From: Myxococcota bacterium
GTDB taxonomy: Bacteria > Myxococcota_A > UBA9160 > JAFDDA01
DNA length: 64,000 nucleotides
Reading direction: 5' to 3'
Assembly (NCBI GenBank): GCA_965228475.1
Contig: OZ245817.1
Coordinates: forward strand, 3,904,001-3,968,000
The notes under the pieces are model-generated. The model was not told the DNA's origin. It searched no databases and saw only the letters and a list, made by a program, of their open reading frames with translations. Made by a program: the position numbers and the translations under genes. This document shows positions 25,722 through 35,690 of this stretch, in pieces (within the stretch, counting starts at the first letter, position 1; each line of letters starts with the position of its first letter).

Positions 25722-28235
25722 GTGGCCCGAGGGAACTTCGTGCGCCAACGGGCCCGCACCCAACTCCGAGCGATCCTGAACGCCGGCCTCGACCCCGAGA
25801 CCGCGCCGCCGGACGAGCTGCGCCGGGTGCGGAACCTGACCGTCGCGACCGCGGGCTTCACCGTGCTCGCCGTTCCCGTGCTGATCGCGAACTTCGTGGC
25901 GCTCGGGCCGGGCTTCGGGCTCGTGCTCCTGGCCGCCATGGCCGCCGCCGTCGCCAACGTGGTGGCGCTCCGCCACGGGCACTCGATCGACCGCGCGGGC
26001 CACTTCGCGACGGGGCTTCTGCTCACCTACCTCGCCTGGTCCCTGTGGCACGGCGGCGGGGTCGAAGAGCCCTCCTTCGCGTCGATCTATCTCGTCCCGT
26101 TGACCGCCGCCCTGCTGATCAACGGGCGCGCGGCCGCGGGCTGGACCGCCGTCTGCATCGCGATCACCGGCGTCTTCTTCGTCGGCGCCAAGGAAGGCCT
26201 GCTCCCAGAAAGTCTCCTCGCCGGCAAGACGGGCGACCTCTACCTGATCCTGACCCACGTGGTCGCCCTGCTCGGCGTGAGCCTGCTCGCCGCCGCCTTC
26301 GCCCAGAACCACGAGCACCTGCGCGGCTGGCTTCGCGCCTCCAACGAGGAGCTCGAGCGCGATTCCGACTACATCCGCATCCTGCACCGCACGGCGGTGA
26401 TCGCGAACGACGCCGCCTCGGGCAACGAAGCCATGCTCGCCTCGGCCGAGCTGATCTGTGACGTCCTCGGCTGGGACGTCGGCTCCGTCTGGGTCGCCAC
26501 GGGGAAGCCGCCGCGCACGCTCGAAGCGATCGGCGGGAGCGTGCGAGACGCCGAGCGCGACGGATCGCTCCGGCGGGAGTTCTGCGCGGGACCGATCGCC
26601 GAGGGGCAATCCTTCGTCGGCCGGGCCTACCGCAACCGGGCGCCCGTGTTCTGCGACCGGGTCGGCTCCGACCCCCGCTTCGCCCACGCGGACGCCGCCG
26701 AACGCGCCGGGCTGCAGGGTGCCCTCGCCTTCCCGATCATGCTCGGCCACGAAGTGACCGGCATCTTCGAGTTCCACCGCCGCGAAGGCGGCGGGCCCGA
26801 CCGCCAGCTCCTGCGCCTCCTCACCCACGTGGGCACCCAGGTCAGCCGGGTCATGGAGCGCGAACGCGCCGAGGCCCGGATCGAGACGCTCGCGTACTAC
26901 GACGCCCTGACCGGGCTGCCGAACCGGCAGCTCTTCCAGGACCGCCTCGAGGAGGTCCTCCGTACCGCCAGCGAACGCGACCGCCCGGCGGCGCTGCTCT
27001 TCGTCGATCTCGACGGCTTCAAGCGGGTGAACGACACGCTCGGGCACGCGGTCGGCGACGCGCTGCTTCGCGAGGTGACCCGCCGCTTCGCGCAGAGCCT
27101 ACGGCTCGTCGACTTCCTGGCCCGGGCCGAGAGCGCCGGACACGCCGTCTCCCGCTTCGGCGGCGACGAGTTCACCGTGGTGCTCGAGAAGGTCCCGAAC
27201 CGGGCGGGCGCCGCCGTCGTCGCCGAGCGGCTGCTCGCGGCGCTCCAGTCCCCGATCGAGATCGACGGACACGAGGTCTTCGCCGGAGCGAGCATCGGCA
27301 TCGCCATGTACCCGGAAGACGGACCCGACGTCGACACGCTCCTGCGCCGGGCGGACGCGGCCATGTACGCCGCGAAGGGGCGCGGGCGCGGGCAGTACCG
27401 CTTCGCGACCGAGGGCGAGGCCGAGAGCGGCAGCCGGCGCATGCAGCTCGAAGGCCCCCTGCGGCGCGCGCTCCAGAACGACCAGTTCGAGCTCCACTAC
27501 CAGCCGCTGCTCGACATGCGGAGCGAAGAGACGCTCGGGGCCGAGGCGCTTCTGCGCTGGCACGAGCCGACGCTCGGGAACGTCTCGCCCGGGGAGTTCA
27601 TCCCCCTGGCCGAGCAGTGCGGCCTCATCAACGGCATCGGCGATTGGATCATCCGCGCGGCGTGCGCGCAGATCGCGGCCTGGCGGGAAGAGGGCTTCGA
27701 ACCGGTCCGCGTCGCCGTGAACCTCTCGGGGCAGCAGATCCGCGGGCCGTCGGTCGTCGACTGCGTCGCGCAGGCCCTCGAAGAGAACGGCCTCGGACCG
27801 GAGCTCCTCGAACTCGAGATCACCGAGAGCACGATCATGCGCGACGACGAGGTCACCGCGGACACGCTGCGGGCCCTGGCGGACCTCGGCGTCGGGCTCG
27901 CCCTCGACGACTTCGGGACGGGCTACTCCTCGCTCTCCCACCTGCGACGGCACCCGATCGATTCGCTCAAGCTCGACCGGAGCTTCGTCTCGGGCGTCCC
28001 CGAGAGCGGCGACGACGTCGCCATCGCCACCGCCGTCATCGCCATGGCGCACGGATTGAAGAAGCGCGTGACGGCCGAGGGCATCGAGACGCGGGAGCAG
28101 CTCGAGTTCCTGCGCGGCATGGGCTGCGACGTGGCCCAGGGCTTCCTGTTCAGCCCGGCCGTGCCGGGGAACGACTTCCGTCGCTTCCTGCAGCGCGCCA
28201 AGGACGACGAGAGCGAGCCCCGCTCGCGGCGCTAG
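25722..28235 (+). CDS. Membrane-bound GAF-GGDEF-EAL c-di-GMP enzyme
   Basis: TM region, GAF, RFGGDEF, EALLRW, DDFGTGYSSL. Confidence 0.95.
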   Translation: MARGNFVRQRARTQLRAILNAGLDPETAPPDELRRVRNLTVATAGFTVLAVPVLIANFVALGPGFGLVLLAAMAAAVANVVALRHGHSIDRAGHFATGLLLTYLAWSLWHGGGVEEPSFASIYLVPLTAALLINGRAAAGWTAVCIAITGVFFVGAKEGLLPESLLAGKTGDLYLILTHVVALLGVSLLAAAFAQNHEHLRGWLRASNEELERDSDYIRILHRTAVIANDAASGNEAMLASAELICDVLGWDVGSVWVATGKPPRTLEAIGGSVRDAERDGSLRREFCAGPIAEGQSFVGRAYRNRAPVFCDRVGSDPRFAHADAAERAGLQGALAFPIMLGHEVTGIFEFHRREGGGPDRQLLRLLTHVGTQVSRVMERERAEARIETLAYYDALTGLPNRQLFQDRLEEVLRTASERDRPAALLFVDLDGFKRVNDTLGHAVGDALLREVTRRFAQSLRLVDFLARAESAGHAVSRFGGDEFTVVLEKVPNRAGAAVVAERLLAALQSPIEIDGHEVFAGASIGIAMYPEDGPDVDTLLRRADAAMYAAKGRGRGQYRFATEGEAESGSRRMQLEGPLRRALQNDQFELHYQPLLDMRSEETLGAEALLRWHEPTLGNVSPGEFIPLAEQCGLINGIGDWIIRAACAQIAAWREEGFEPVRVAVNLSGQQIRGPSVVDCVAQALEENGLGPELLELEITESTIMRDDEVTADTLRALADLGVGLALDDFGTGYSSLSHLRRHPIDSLKLDRSFVSGVPESGDDVAIATAVIAMAHGLKKRVTAEGIETREQLEFLRGMGCDVAQGFLFSPAVPGNDFRRFLQRAKDDESEPRSRR

Positions 28236-28251
28236 CCCCCCCCCGAAGCCG

Positions 28252-29433
28252 CTACGCGATGCAGCCCATCCCGTCCCGGAACGGCCCGGTCACCTCGTAG
28301 GTGATGCCGGCGCTGAGCGCGCCGCCGCGCTGGGAGCTGAAGTAGAGCCGGCGGTGGAGCGGGTCGAAGGCGGGCCCGGCGATCTCCGAGTTGTCCTGGT
28401 TCAGGATCCGCAGCAGCGGCGAAGCCGTGCCCTCGGGCGAGAGCACGACGATCTCCATGTTGCCGCCGTCCTCCGCCACGTAGAGGTCCCCGAACCGCGA
28501 GGACGCGATGTTGTCGACGCCGCTCAGCTGCTGGCCGGGGTCCGTCGCGAAGTCGTAGTGGATGCAGACGTCCTCGGCGACGGGGTCGTAGGCCCAGACG
28601 CGGTTGTCGCCCTTCGTCGTGAAGAAGACCAGACCGCGCGCCCAGACGATGCCTTCACCGCCGTCGAAGCTGGTGGCCTGGGGCACCTGCAGCCGCGTGC
28701 GCGTCGAGTCGACGTCGCGATCCGGGTCGGGTACGACGTGCCAGACGACGCTCCCGTTCGGGCCCGGCCCGACCACCTCCGCGATCTCGAGCACGCCGGA
28801 GGAGAGATCGCCGAGGGAGTCCGGGGTGAAGCGGTAGAAGCCGCCGTCGCTGCGGTCCTCGGTCAGGTAGAAGCGCATCGGATCGTTCGGGTCCTGCAGG
28901 ACGGCCTCGTGGTTGAAGCTGCCCATGGCCGGCCGGGCCTGGGCAGGGCCGCCGAGCGGGTCGCATTCCCAGACGATTCCGGTCGGCCACTCCTCACAGG
29001 AGAGCCACGTGCCCCAGAGCGTCGGGCCGCCGGCACAGTTCGTGTTCGACCCGGAGAGGATCGAGTAGGCGTCGATGATGTTCCCGTCCGCGTCGAAGCG
29101 GAGCGCGCCGACGCCGCCGCCGAGCGGGATCTCCGAGTTCGAGACGTAGACCCAGCCGCCCTGGACCGGGAAGGTCGCGCCGCCGTCCGGGAAGCCGTGC
29201 CAGGTGTATCCCGTCGAGCCGACCGGCACCGCCGCCTCCGCCAGCACCCGGGATTGGAAGCCCGCCGGCAGGAGGATGCCGTTCGCGTCCGGGGTCGCCG
29301 AAAGCGGCCCGTACGGGCCCGGGCCGGTCACCACCGGCGTCCCGCCACCGTGGGCCGTCCGGAGCAGGCTCGCCCCCATCCAGCTCCCCGCCACGGCCCA
29401 ACCGCTCGCTCGAATGAAGTCCCGACGCCGCAT
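28252..29433 (-). CDS. PhoX-like (DUF839) Tat-exported phosphatase
   Basis: MRRRDFI Tat motif, NCAGG, LSCEE, FNHEA, DN, AEDG. Confidence 0.88.
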   Translation of the reverse strand: MRRRDFIRASGWAVAGSWMGASLLRTAHGGGTPVVTGPGPYGPLSATPDANGILLPAGFQSRVLAEAAVPVGSTGYTWHGFPDGGATFPVQGGWVYVSNSEIPLGGGVGALRFDADGNIIDAYSILSGSNTNCAGGPTLWGTWLSCEEWPTGIVWECDPLGGPAQARPAMGSFNHEAVLQDPNDPMRFYLTEDRSDGGFYRFTPDSLGDLSSGVLEIAEVVGPGPNGSVVWHVVPDPDRDVDSTRTRLQVPQATSFDGGEGIVWARGLVFFTTKGDNRVWAYDPVAEDVCIHYDFATDPGQQLSGVDNIASSRFGDLYVAEDGGNMEIVVLSPEGTASPLLRILNQDNSEIAGPAFDPLHRRLYFSSQRGGALSAGITYEVTGPFRDGMGCIA

Positions 29434-29549
29434 GCTGCCTCCTCCTCGACTCTCCCCCGGATTCTACCCCCATCCGGGGGGCGATAGGGGCGGGGACGCG
29501 GCGAGCCGGGCGAAGTTGACGGATCGAGCCCGGGCGCTACCACCCTGCC

Positions 29550-30098
29550 ATGACCCGAGGCACCCGCGGTCGTTCTCGCTTCGCCCTGCTGGCGCTCTCC
29601 TGCCTGTTCGTTGCCGGCGGCACCGGCTGCGGTGGGGAACAGGACGAGGGCTGGGCCGTGCGCCGCTTCGAAGCCGGCGACGCCAGCTTTGGCGCCGTCG
29701 AGAAGGACCTGCTCGGCCCCTGCAGCGTGGTGCACGTCGTCGATGGCGACACGCTCGACGTGAAGTGCCGGGCCTTTTCGGACCAGGTCCGGATGCTGCG
29801 CATCGACACGCCGGAGGCCGGCCAGCGCGGCCACGGCGAAGCGCGCGACGCCCTCGTCGATCTCATCGGGGGCCGCGAGGTCCACCTCCTGTTCGAGGAG
29901 GCCGGCGTCCGGCAGCGCGGCAACTACGGCCGCCTGCTCGCCTACGTCTACGCCGACGGCAAGAACGTGAACGTCGAACTCGTCCGGCGCGGATGGTCGA
30001 CGTTCTGGACGAAGTTCGGCGAAGGCCGCTTCGCCGACGCCTTCGCCGACGCCGAAAAGGAAGCGAAGAACGCCAACCGCGGGCTCTGGGCCCGCTAG
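29550..30098 (+). CDS. Thermonuclease (SNase) family lipoprotein
   Basis: VVDGDT, IDTPE, YGRLLAYVY, RGLW. Confidence 0.92.
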   Translation: MTRGTRGRSRFALLALSCLFVAGGTGCGGEQDEGWAVRRFEAGDASFGAVEKDLLGPCSVVHVVDGDTLDVKCRAFSDQVRMLRIDTPEAGQRGHGEARDALVDLIGGREVHLLFEEAGVRQRGNYGRLLAYVYADGKNVNVELVRRGWSTFWTKFGEGRFADAFADAEKEAKNANRGLWAR

Positions 30099-30111
30099 GA
30101 GAGCGAACCCG

Positions 30112-30390
30112 ATGAACGAAGACACGCTCCGCCAGGGCCGCATGTTCCTGAACGTGCTCTGGGTCGTCCTCGCGGTCTCGCTCTTCCTGCCCGGCGGCGG
30201 GCTCGTGGGGCTCCTGCAGACGATCTTCTGGGTCATGCTCGCCGCGCACGTGATCGAGTTCGCGATCTTCCACCGAAAGATCCTGATGGGGGCCGGCTCG
30301 GCCGGGCACCACATCGTGCAGACGCTCCTCTACGGGTTCATCCACATCAAGAAGGTCGAGCTCGAGTCCGCGGGAGCCGCGACGAACTAG
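30112..30390 (+). CDS. Small membrane protein (DUF1145-like)
   Basis: AAHVIEF ... TLLYGFIH pattern. Confidence 0.6.
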   Translation: MNEDTLRQGRMFLNVLWVVLAVSLFLPGGGLVGLLQTIFWVMLAAHVIEFAIFHRKILMGAGSAGHHIVQTLLYGFIHIKKVELESAGAATN

Positions 30391-31314
30391 ATGCCCGCGA
30401 GCGGCCGGCCCGAGCGCACGCGGGTCTACCAGAACCACCACCTCGACAGCACGCGCTGGGATGCCTTCCGCGGCCGGCCCGGCGACATCGTGATCACCAC
30501 GGCGTACAAGGCCGGCACGACCTGGATGCAGGGGATCGTCGCGAGCCTGCTCTTCGGGGATGCGCCGCCCAAGCCCGTGCCCGAGCTCTCGCCCTGGGTC
30601 GACCTGCGCGTCCCGCCGCTCGCGGAAACGATGGCAGCCCTCGAGGCCCAGACCCATCGCCGCTTCCTGAAGTCGCACCTCCCGCTCGACGGCCTGCCCT
30701 ACGACCCGGAGGCCCGCTACGTCTGCGTCGGGCGCCACGGGCCGGACGTCTTCATGTCGCTCTGGAACCACTACACCGGCTACACGCCGGAGAGCCGGGA
30801 CCGCTTCAACCTCACGCCGGGCCGGGTCGGCCCGGAGATCCCGCTGCCGCCGGAGGATCCGCGAACGCTCTGGGCCCGCTGGGCCACCGAGGGCTGGTTC
30901 GATTGGGAAGCCGATGGCTGGCCCTACTGGTCGCTGCTCCACCACGTGCGCACGTGGTGGGAGTGGCGGCACCTGCCGAACGTCCTGTTCGTCCACTTCA
31001 ACGATCTGCTCGCGGATCTCTCCGGGGAGATGCGGCGCATCGCCGGCTTCCTCGGGATCGACGTTCCGGAGAACGAGTGGGACGCGCGCGTCGAGCTCGC
31101 GACCTTCGCCTCGATGAGGCGGCGGGCCGAGAGCGTCGCGCCGAGCGGCGGCGCCGGCTTCGAGGGCGGAGCGCAGCGCTTCATCTTCAAGGGCACGAAC
31201 GGCCGCTACCGGGGCGTGCTGACGGAGGCCGACCTCGTGCTCTGGCAGAAGAACGTCACGCGCCAGCTCTCCCCCGCCTGCGCCCACTGGCTCGAACACG
31301 GCGGGCCGGTCTAG
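30391..31314 (+). CDS. Sulfotransferase family protein
   Basis: DIVITTAYKAGTTW PAPS-binding loop, KSHLP, FKGTNG. Confidence 0.92.
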   Translation: MPASGRPERTRVYQNHHLDSTRWDAFRGRPGDIVITTAYKAGTTWMQGIVASLLFGDAPPKPVPELSPWVDLRVPPLAETMAALEAQTHRRFLKSHLPLDGLPYDPEARYVCVGRHGPDVFMSLWNHYTGYTPESRDRFNLTPGRVGPEIPLPPEDPRTLWARWATEGWFDWEADGWPYWSLLHHVRTWWEWRHLPNVLFVHFNDLLADLSGEMRRIAGFLGIDVPENEWDARVELATFASMRRRAESVAPSGGAGFEGGAQRFIFKGTNGRYRGVLTEADLVLWQKNVTRQLSPACAHWLEHGGPV

Positions 31315-31796
31315 CGGGAAGCGGACCCGCGGGCGTGCTGGATCGCGAGCGCAAGCTCGTCCGCACGCTGGGAGCCGATCAAGAGGCGGCTTCCGTTGAC
31401 GAACTCGAGGGCCACGCCGCGGTTCCCCGAGACGTTGTAGGCCTTTCCGGCCGATCCCATGCGCACGCCCCAGCCGCCGAAGTCCCGGATCGGGCGGTAG
31501 GTGCGCGCCTCCGCGCTCACGATCTCGTACCAGGGGTAGCGGTGCTGACGGGTCAGGGGGAAGAAGCGCACGGCCAGGGCGTCGCTCTGCACCTCGACGC
31601 GAAGCTCCCCGAAGAACAGCAGCCCGATCACACCGCCCCCCACCGCGAACCCGAGAAGGCCCGCCGGCACGAGGGCCTCCCGGCCCCCGATCCACACCGA
31701 GAAGACGACCGTGGCGATCCCGATCGCGATCACGGCCTTCGAGACCGGATTGCTCGAGAGCCGCTGGCATTCGAGGAAGCGGGTGTCGGCGTTCAT
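31311..31796 (-). CDS. DUF6141-like membrane protein
   Basis: YRPIRDFGGWGVR...AYNVSGNRGV...LLIGSQR. Confidence 0.8.
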   Translation of the reverse strand: MNADTRFLECQRLSSNPVSKAVIAIGIATVVFSVWIGGREALVPAGLLGFAVGGGVIGLLFFGELRVEVQSDALAVRFFPLTRQHRYPWYEIVSAEARTYRPIRDFGGWGVRMGSAGKAYNVSGNRGVALEFVNGSRLLIGSQRADELALAIQHARGSASR

Positions 31797-31848
31797 CCAC
31801 CGGAACAGCGGCCAGCCAGGGCGCCGACGTGAGCCCGCCTTCAGGCGG

Positions 31849-32160
31849 TCAGGCGGGGAGGCGGAAGCGCGCCACCACCTCGAGGGCCTCGTCGTCCAGG
31901 GTGAGCTCCACGTCCTCGGCCCCGGCGGGGAGGCGGGCCTCGACGAACTCCGCCATGCGGACCTCGATCTGCTTCCACCAGGCGGGGGCTTCGCGGCCGG
32001 CGTCCGCCGCCTCGAGCCCGAACTCGACGCGCCGCACGATCTCGTCGGGGATCGGGAGGCGGAGGACGGAGGCGCCGGGCGCGCGCGCCGGCAGGCTCGC
32101 GAAGGAGCGGCGGCGCCGGGGGGCGAGGCGGGGGGTTCCGGAGGGCGAGGTGAGCACCAT
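31849..32160 (-). CDS. Hypothetical protein (start uncertain)
   Basis: ORF with host-like codon usage between same-strand genes. Confidence 0.5.
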   Translation of the reverse strand: MVLTSPSGTPRLAPRRRRSFASLPARAPGASVLRLPIPDEIVRRVEFGLEAADAGREAPAWWKQIEVRMAEFVEARLPAGAEDVELTLDDEALEVVARFRLPA

Positions 32161-32234
32161 GACCGGAGCATCGGCCGGCCCCGTGTCAGGGGCGGTCACA
32201 GCCCGGTGCCGCTGCCCGGAGGGCCCTGCCTCGG

Positions 32235-33890
32235 CTAGCCCGTCGGGGTCGGATCGCCGCTCGTCGCGGGCGGAAAGAGCTCCTCGGCGGAGGTGACCCG
32301 GCCACTCCCGTCCTTGTACACGGCGTGGTGGCGGCGGAACTGGGTCGGCGCCTCGATCCCGCAGGCCGCGGTCAGCGAGTTCAGCCCGGCGCGCAGGGTG
32401 ATCACGTAGTTCATGACGCGCCAGCGCTTCTCGTCGACCACGAGCCCCTGCATCAGCTTCTCGTCCGTCGTGGCGACGCCGACCGGGCACCCGTTCGAGT
32501 GACACTTCTGCGCCTGGATGCAGCCGACGGAGACCATCAGCCCGCGGGCGATGTTGACCGCGTCCGCGCCGAGGCACAGGGCGATCGCGATGGCGTCGGG
32601 CGAAAAGAGCTTGCCAGAGGCGATCAGGCGCACGCGGTCGCGCACGCCGGCGCGGCGCAGGGCGTCGTCGGCTTCGGCGAGGCCCGAGCGAAGCGGCATG
32701 CCCATGGTGTCGGCCATCTCGCGATAGGTCGCGCCGGAGCCGCCCTCGCCGCCGTCGACCGAGAGCCAATCCGGCCCGTCGCCGCGCCAGGCGATGGCCG
32801 CCGCGAGTTCGTCGAGGGAGCCCGGGCCACCGACGACGACCTTCAGGCCGACGGGCTTCCCGCCCTCGGCGCGCATGCGCTTGACCCAGTCGAGCACGTC
32901 GTCGAGGTCGTGGAAGAACGGGAAGCGGTTCGGCGAATCGATCGTCTCGCCCTCGCGAACGCCGCGCAGGGCCGCGATCTCGGCGGTGACCTTCTCCCCC
33001 TCGACGTGGCCGCCGCGGATCTTCGCCCCCTGGTGCATCTTGAGTTCGAAGGCGCAGACCTCCGGGATCGCCGCCTTCTTCGCGAACTGGTTCCAGTCCC
33101 ACTCGCCGTCCTCGGTGCGCACGCCGGCGAGGCCCGGGCCGATCTGGTAGACGACGGGCCCGCCGCCGACCAGGTGATGCGGCGAGATCGCGCCTTCGCC
33201 CGTGTTCATCCAGCTCCCGGTGGCGTCGGCGAGACCGTAGGAGAGCGCCTGGATCGCGTTGCGACCGAGGGCGCCGTAGGACATCCCGCTCATGCCGATC
33301 TGTCCCGTGAGGCGCCAGGGGTGTTCGAGTTCGCCGCCGATCACGATGTGGTGCTCGGGGCTGAGCGTCCACGGCGAGACCTCGACCGTCTCCTTGCGCT
33401 CGCGCCGCGAGAAGAGCCCTTCGTCGTCGATCACGTAGCGATGGGTCTCGAGCTTGGGCTCGAGCACGGTGCCCATGTTCTCGGCGAGGGTCGGCAGCAT
33501 GGCGTTGCGCAGGTACCAGCCGGGCTTCTCGAAGTCCCGCTTCGAACCGAAGGAGACGAGGGTCTTCAGGTACTTCCCCGCCAGCACGACGGTGCCGTAG
33601 TCGTCGCGCGAGAACGGCTTGCCGGCGCGGTCGGCGTCGAAGAGGTACTGGCGAAGCTCCGGCCCGATGTGCTCGAGCAGGTACCGCATGCGGCCGAGCA
33701 GCGGGAAGTTCCGCAGCACGGCGTGCTGCGTCTGCGCGCGGTCGACGAAGCGCAGGTAGAACAGCACGAAGGGCGGGACGGCGAACATCACGACCAGCAG
33801 CGCGAAGGTGCACAGGACGGCGAGGTCGGAGAGTTCGGAAAGGGTGAAATCGCTCAGGGTCACGGCGGGCTCCCGGGTTTCCTGCCTCAT
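32235..33890 (-). CDS. FMN-binding glutamate synthase family protein (YerD-like)
   Basis: SGMSYGAL, NTGEG, ELKMHQGAK, DGGEGGSGA, GCIQAQKCHSNGCPVGVAT. Confidence 0.93.
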   Translation of the reverse strand: MRQETREPAVTLSDFTLSELSDLAVLCTFALLVVMFAVPPFVLFYLRFVDRAQTQHAVLRNFPLLGRMRYLLEHIGPELRQYLFDADRAGKPFSRDDYGTVVLAGKYLKTLVSFGSKRDFEKPGWYLRNAMLPTLAENMGTVLEPKLETHRYVIDDEGLFSRRERKETVEVSPWTLSPEHHIVIGGELEHPWRLTGQIGMSGMSYGALGRNAIQALSYGLADATGSWMNTGEGAISPHHLVGGGPVVYQIGPGLAGVRTEDGEWDWNQFAKKAAIPEVCAFELKMHQGAKIRGGHVEGEKVTAEIAALRGVREGETIDSPNRFPFFHDLDDVLDWVKRMRAEGGKPVGLKVVVGGPGSLDELAAAIAWRGDGPDWLSVDGGEGGSGATYREMADTMGMPLRSGLAEADDALRRAGVRDRVRLIASGKLFSPDAIAIALCLGADAVNIARGLMVSVGCIQAQKCHSNGCPVGVATTDEKLMQGLVVDEKRWRVMNYVITLRAGLNSLTAACGIEAPTQFRRHHAVYKDGSGRVTSAEELFPPATSGDPTPTG

Positions 33891-33968
33891 CGGCGCTCCG
33901 GCGCCGGATGGAGACGGGCGAAACCCGCAGCTTCGGGGTTAACCCTCAGTCGATCCCGCGCCGCGCGT

Positions 33969-35030
33969 TCAGGCGGCCGGGAAGACGTAGCCCTCCGCGT
34001 CGACGTGGCCCCGACGTCCGGTGCGGACGTAGCCGCCGAGACGGAGCGCGCGCGTCGCCTCCGGCCGGTTCCAGCAGCCGAGCGGGGCCGAGTAGGCCCC
34101 GGCGAAGGTCCCGGAGCCGGCCGGGCCGAGGGCGAGCTCGCCCTCCTCGCCGTCGGGAACGCTTCGGCCCTCGGCGTCGAGGACGACGATCTCGAGGTGG
34201 TCCGAAGCGCGGCCGAGGCTTCCCGCCGGGTCGTCCTCGGCGCGGCGCGTCACCTCCCCCGGCGCCGCAGCGCAGACCAGGCCCGGCGCCCGCGCGGCCG
34301 GCGCCGAGGCGGTCTGGAGCTCGAGCAGGGGCCCCAGGGCGAGGGCGGAGGGATCGTCCCAGCTCCCGAGGGCGACCGGCCCGGCCGGCACGCCGCTCGC
34401 CGCTGCGGCGTGGCCCGGCAGGAGCAGGCCATGCTGGCTGTGCACGAGGCCCTGGGGCCCGGCGTCGGGGTCCGCCGCAAAGCCGATCCACGCCGGCGCG
34501 AAGGGGTCCACCTCCTGGTACGCGTCGAGATCGGTTTCGCGCTCGAGCTCGAGCTGCCACTCGCCGGCATCGTCGGCCACGGTCACGCGCGCGAGGTCGC
34601 GCAGCTGCGCGCGGTGGGGCTCGATCGCGTCGTGGGTTGCCCGGTCCGCGAGGAGCCAACACGCTTCGGTGTCCGCGAGGATCTCGAGCTTGCGCTCGAG
34701 GGGCGCGGCGGCGGGCAGCGCGACCCAGACCGCGCCGAGCCGCATGGCGCCGAGGAACGCCACCCATCCCGGGAAGCCATCCGGAAGCCCGCCGGCCACG
34801 CGGTCGCCGGCCGCGACGCCCCAATCCGAGAGAACCGCGGCGGCAGTCTGGGAGCCGCGAAAGACCTCGTCGTAGGAGTGGGAGCCCTCGGCGGTGGTGA
34901 GGGCCGTGGCTTCCGGATGCTCCATGAAGCCGCGGTTCAGGAGGACCGGGAGCGTCTGGGGAAGCCCTTCGAGCGCCGGGCGGCGGCGGGACGGCGCGAG
35001 GCCGTGGCGGAACAGATAGGCATCTTCCAT
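33969..35030 (-). CDS. Degenerate, C-terminally truncated AMP-binding (acyl-CoA ligase-like) protein
   Basis: GVAAGDRVA, LGAVWV, GEEGEL, RTG..GHVDAEGY present; P-loop eroded and C-terminal subdomain absent. Confidence 0.7.
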   Translation of the reverse strand: MEDAYLFRHGLAPSRRRPALEGLPQTLPVLLNRGFMEHPEATALTTAEGSHSYDEVFRGSQTAAAVLSDWGVAAGDRVAGGLPDGFPGWVAFLGAMRLGAVWVALPAAAPLERKLEILADTEACWLLADRATHDAIEPHRAQLRDLARVTVADDAGEWQLELERETDLDAYQEVDPFAPAWIGFAADPDAGPQGLVHSQHGLLLPGHAAAASGVPAGPVALGSWDDPSALALGPLLELQTASAPAARAPGLVCAAAPGEVTRRAEDDPAGSLGRASDHLEIVVLDAEGRSVPDGEEGELALGPAGSGTFAGAYSAPLGCWNRPEATRALRLGGYVRTGRRGHVDAEGYVFPAA

Positions 35031-35066
35031 CGCGCGGGCAGCTTACAGCGCCGGTATCATCGCGGC

Positions 35067-35690
35067 ATGCCCGACGCGAACGACACCGCGCTCCTGACGC
35101 TGGTCCGCCACGGCGAGACCTCCGCCAACCTGACCGGCGTATGGCACGGCTCGACGGACACGCCGCTCACCGAGCGCGGCCACGCCCAGGCCGCGCGGGT
35201 GGCCGAACACATCGCCGAGACCCGCGAGGGGGCCGCGGTGCTCTACGCGAGCCCGCTGCAGCGCGCGCGGCACACCGCCGAGGCGATCGGCCGGAGCCTC
35301 GGTCTCGAGCCGCGCATCGAAGCCGGCATCGCGGAGTACGACCTCGGGAGCTGGGAAGAGAAGCCCTACCGGGAGCTGATCGAGGAGCGGAAGCTCTGGC
35401 AGCACATGGCCGAGGACCCCGACTACGCACCCCACGGCGGCGAGAGCCCGCGCCAGGTCGTCGAGCGGTTCGACGCGAGCCTCGAACGCATCGCGGGAGA
35501 GCATGCCGGCGAGCGCGTGCTGCTCGTGAGCCACGGCGGCGCCATGGCCATGTGGATGGGCGCCGTGCTGCGCGGAACGCTCGGCCAGTGGTACGAGCCG
35601 ATGCACAACTGCGCGATCAGCGAACTCGTGCTCCACCCGGAGCCGACGCTCCGAAGCTTCAACCTGCACGATCACCTCGAAGGCGTCTAG
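35067..35690 (+). CDS. Histidine phosphatase family protein
   Basis: LVRHGET, SPLQRA, GGES, VSHGG. Confidence 0.93.
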   Translation: MPDANDTALLTLVRHGETSANLTGVWHGSTDTPLTERGHAQAARVAEHIAETREGAAVLYASPLQRARHTAEAIGRSLGLEPRIEAGIAEYDLGSWEEKPYRELIEERKLWQHMAEDPDYAPHGGESPRQVVERFDASLERIAGEHAGERVLLVSHGGAMAMWMGAVLRGTLGQWYEPMHNCAISELVLHPEPTLRSFNLHDHLEGV

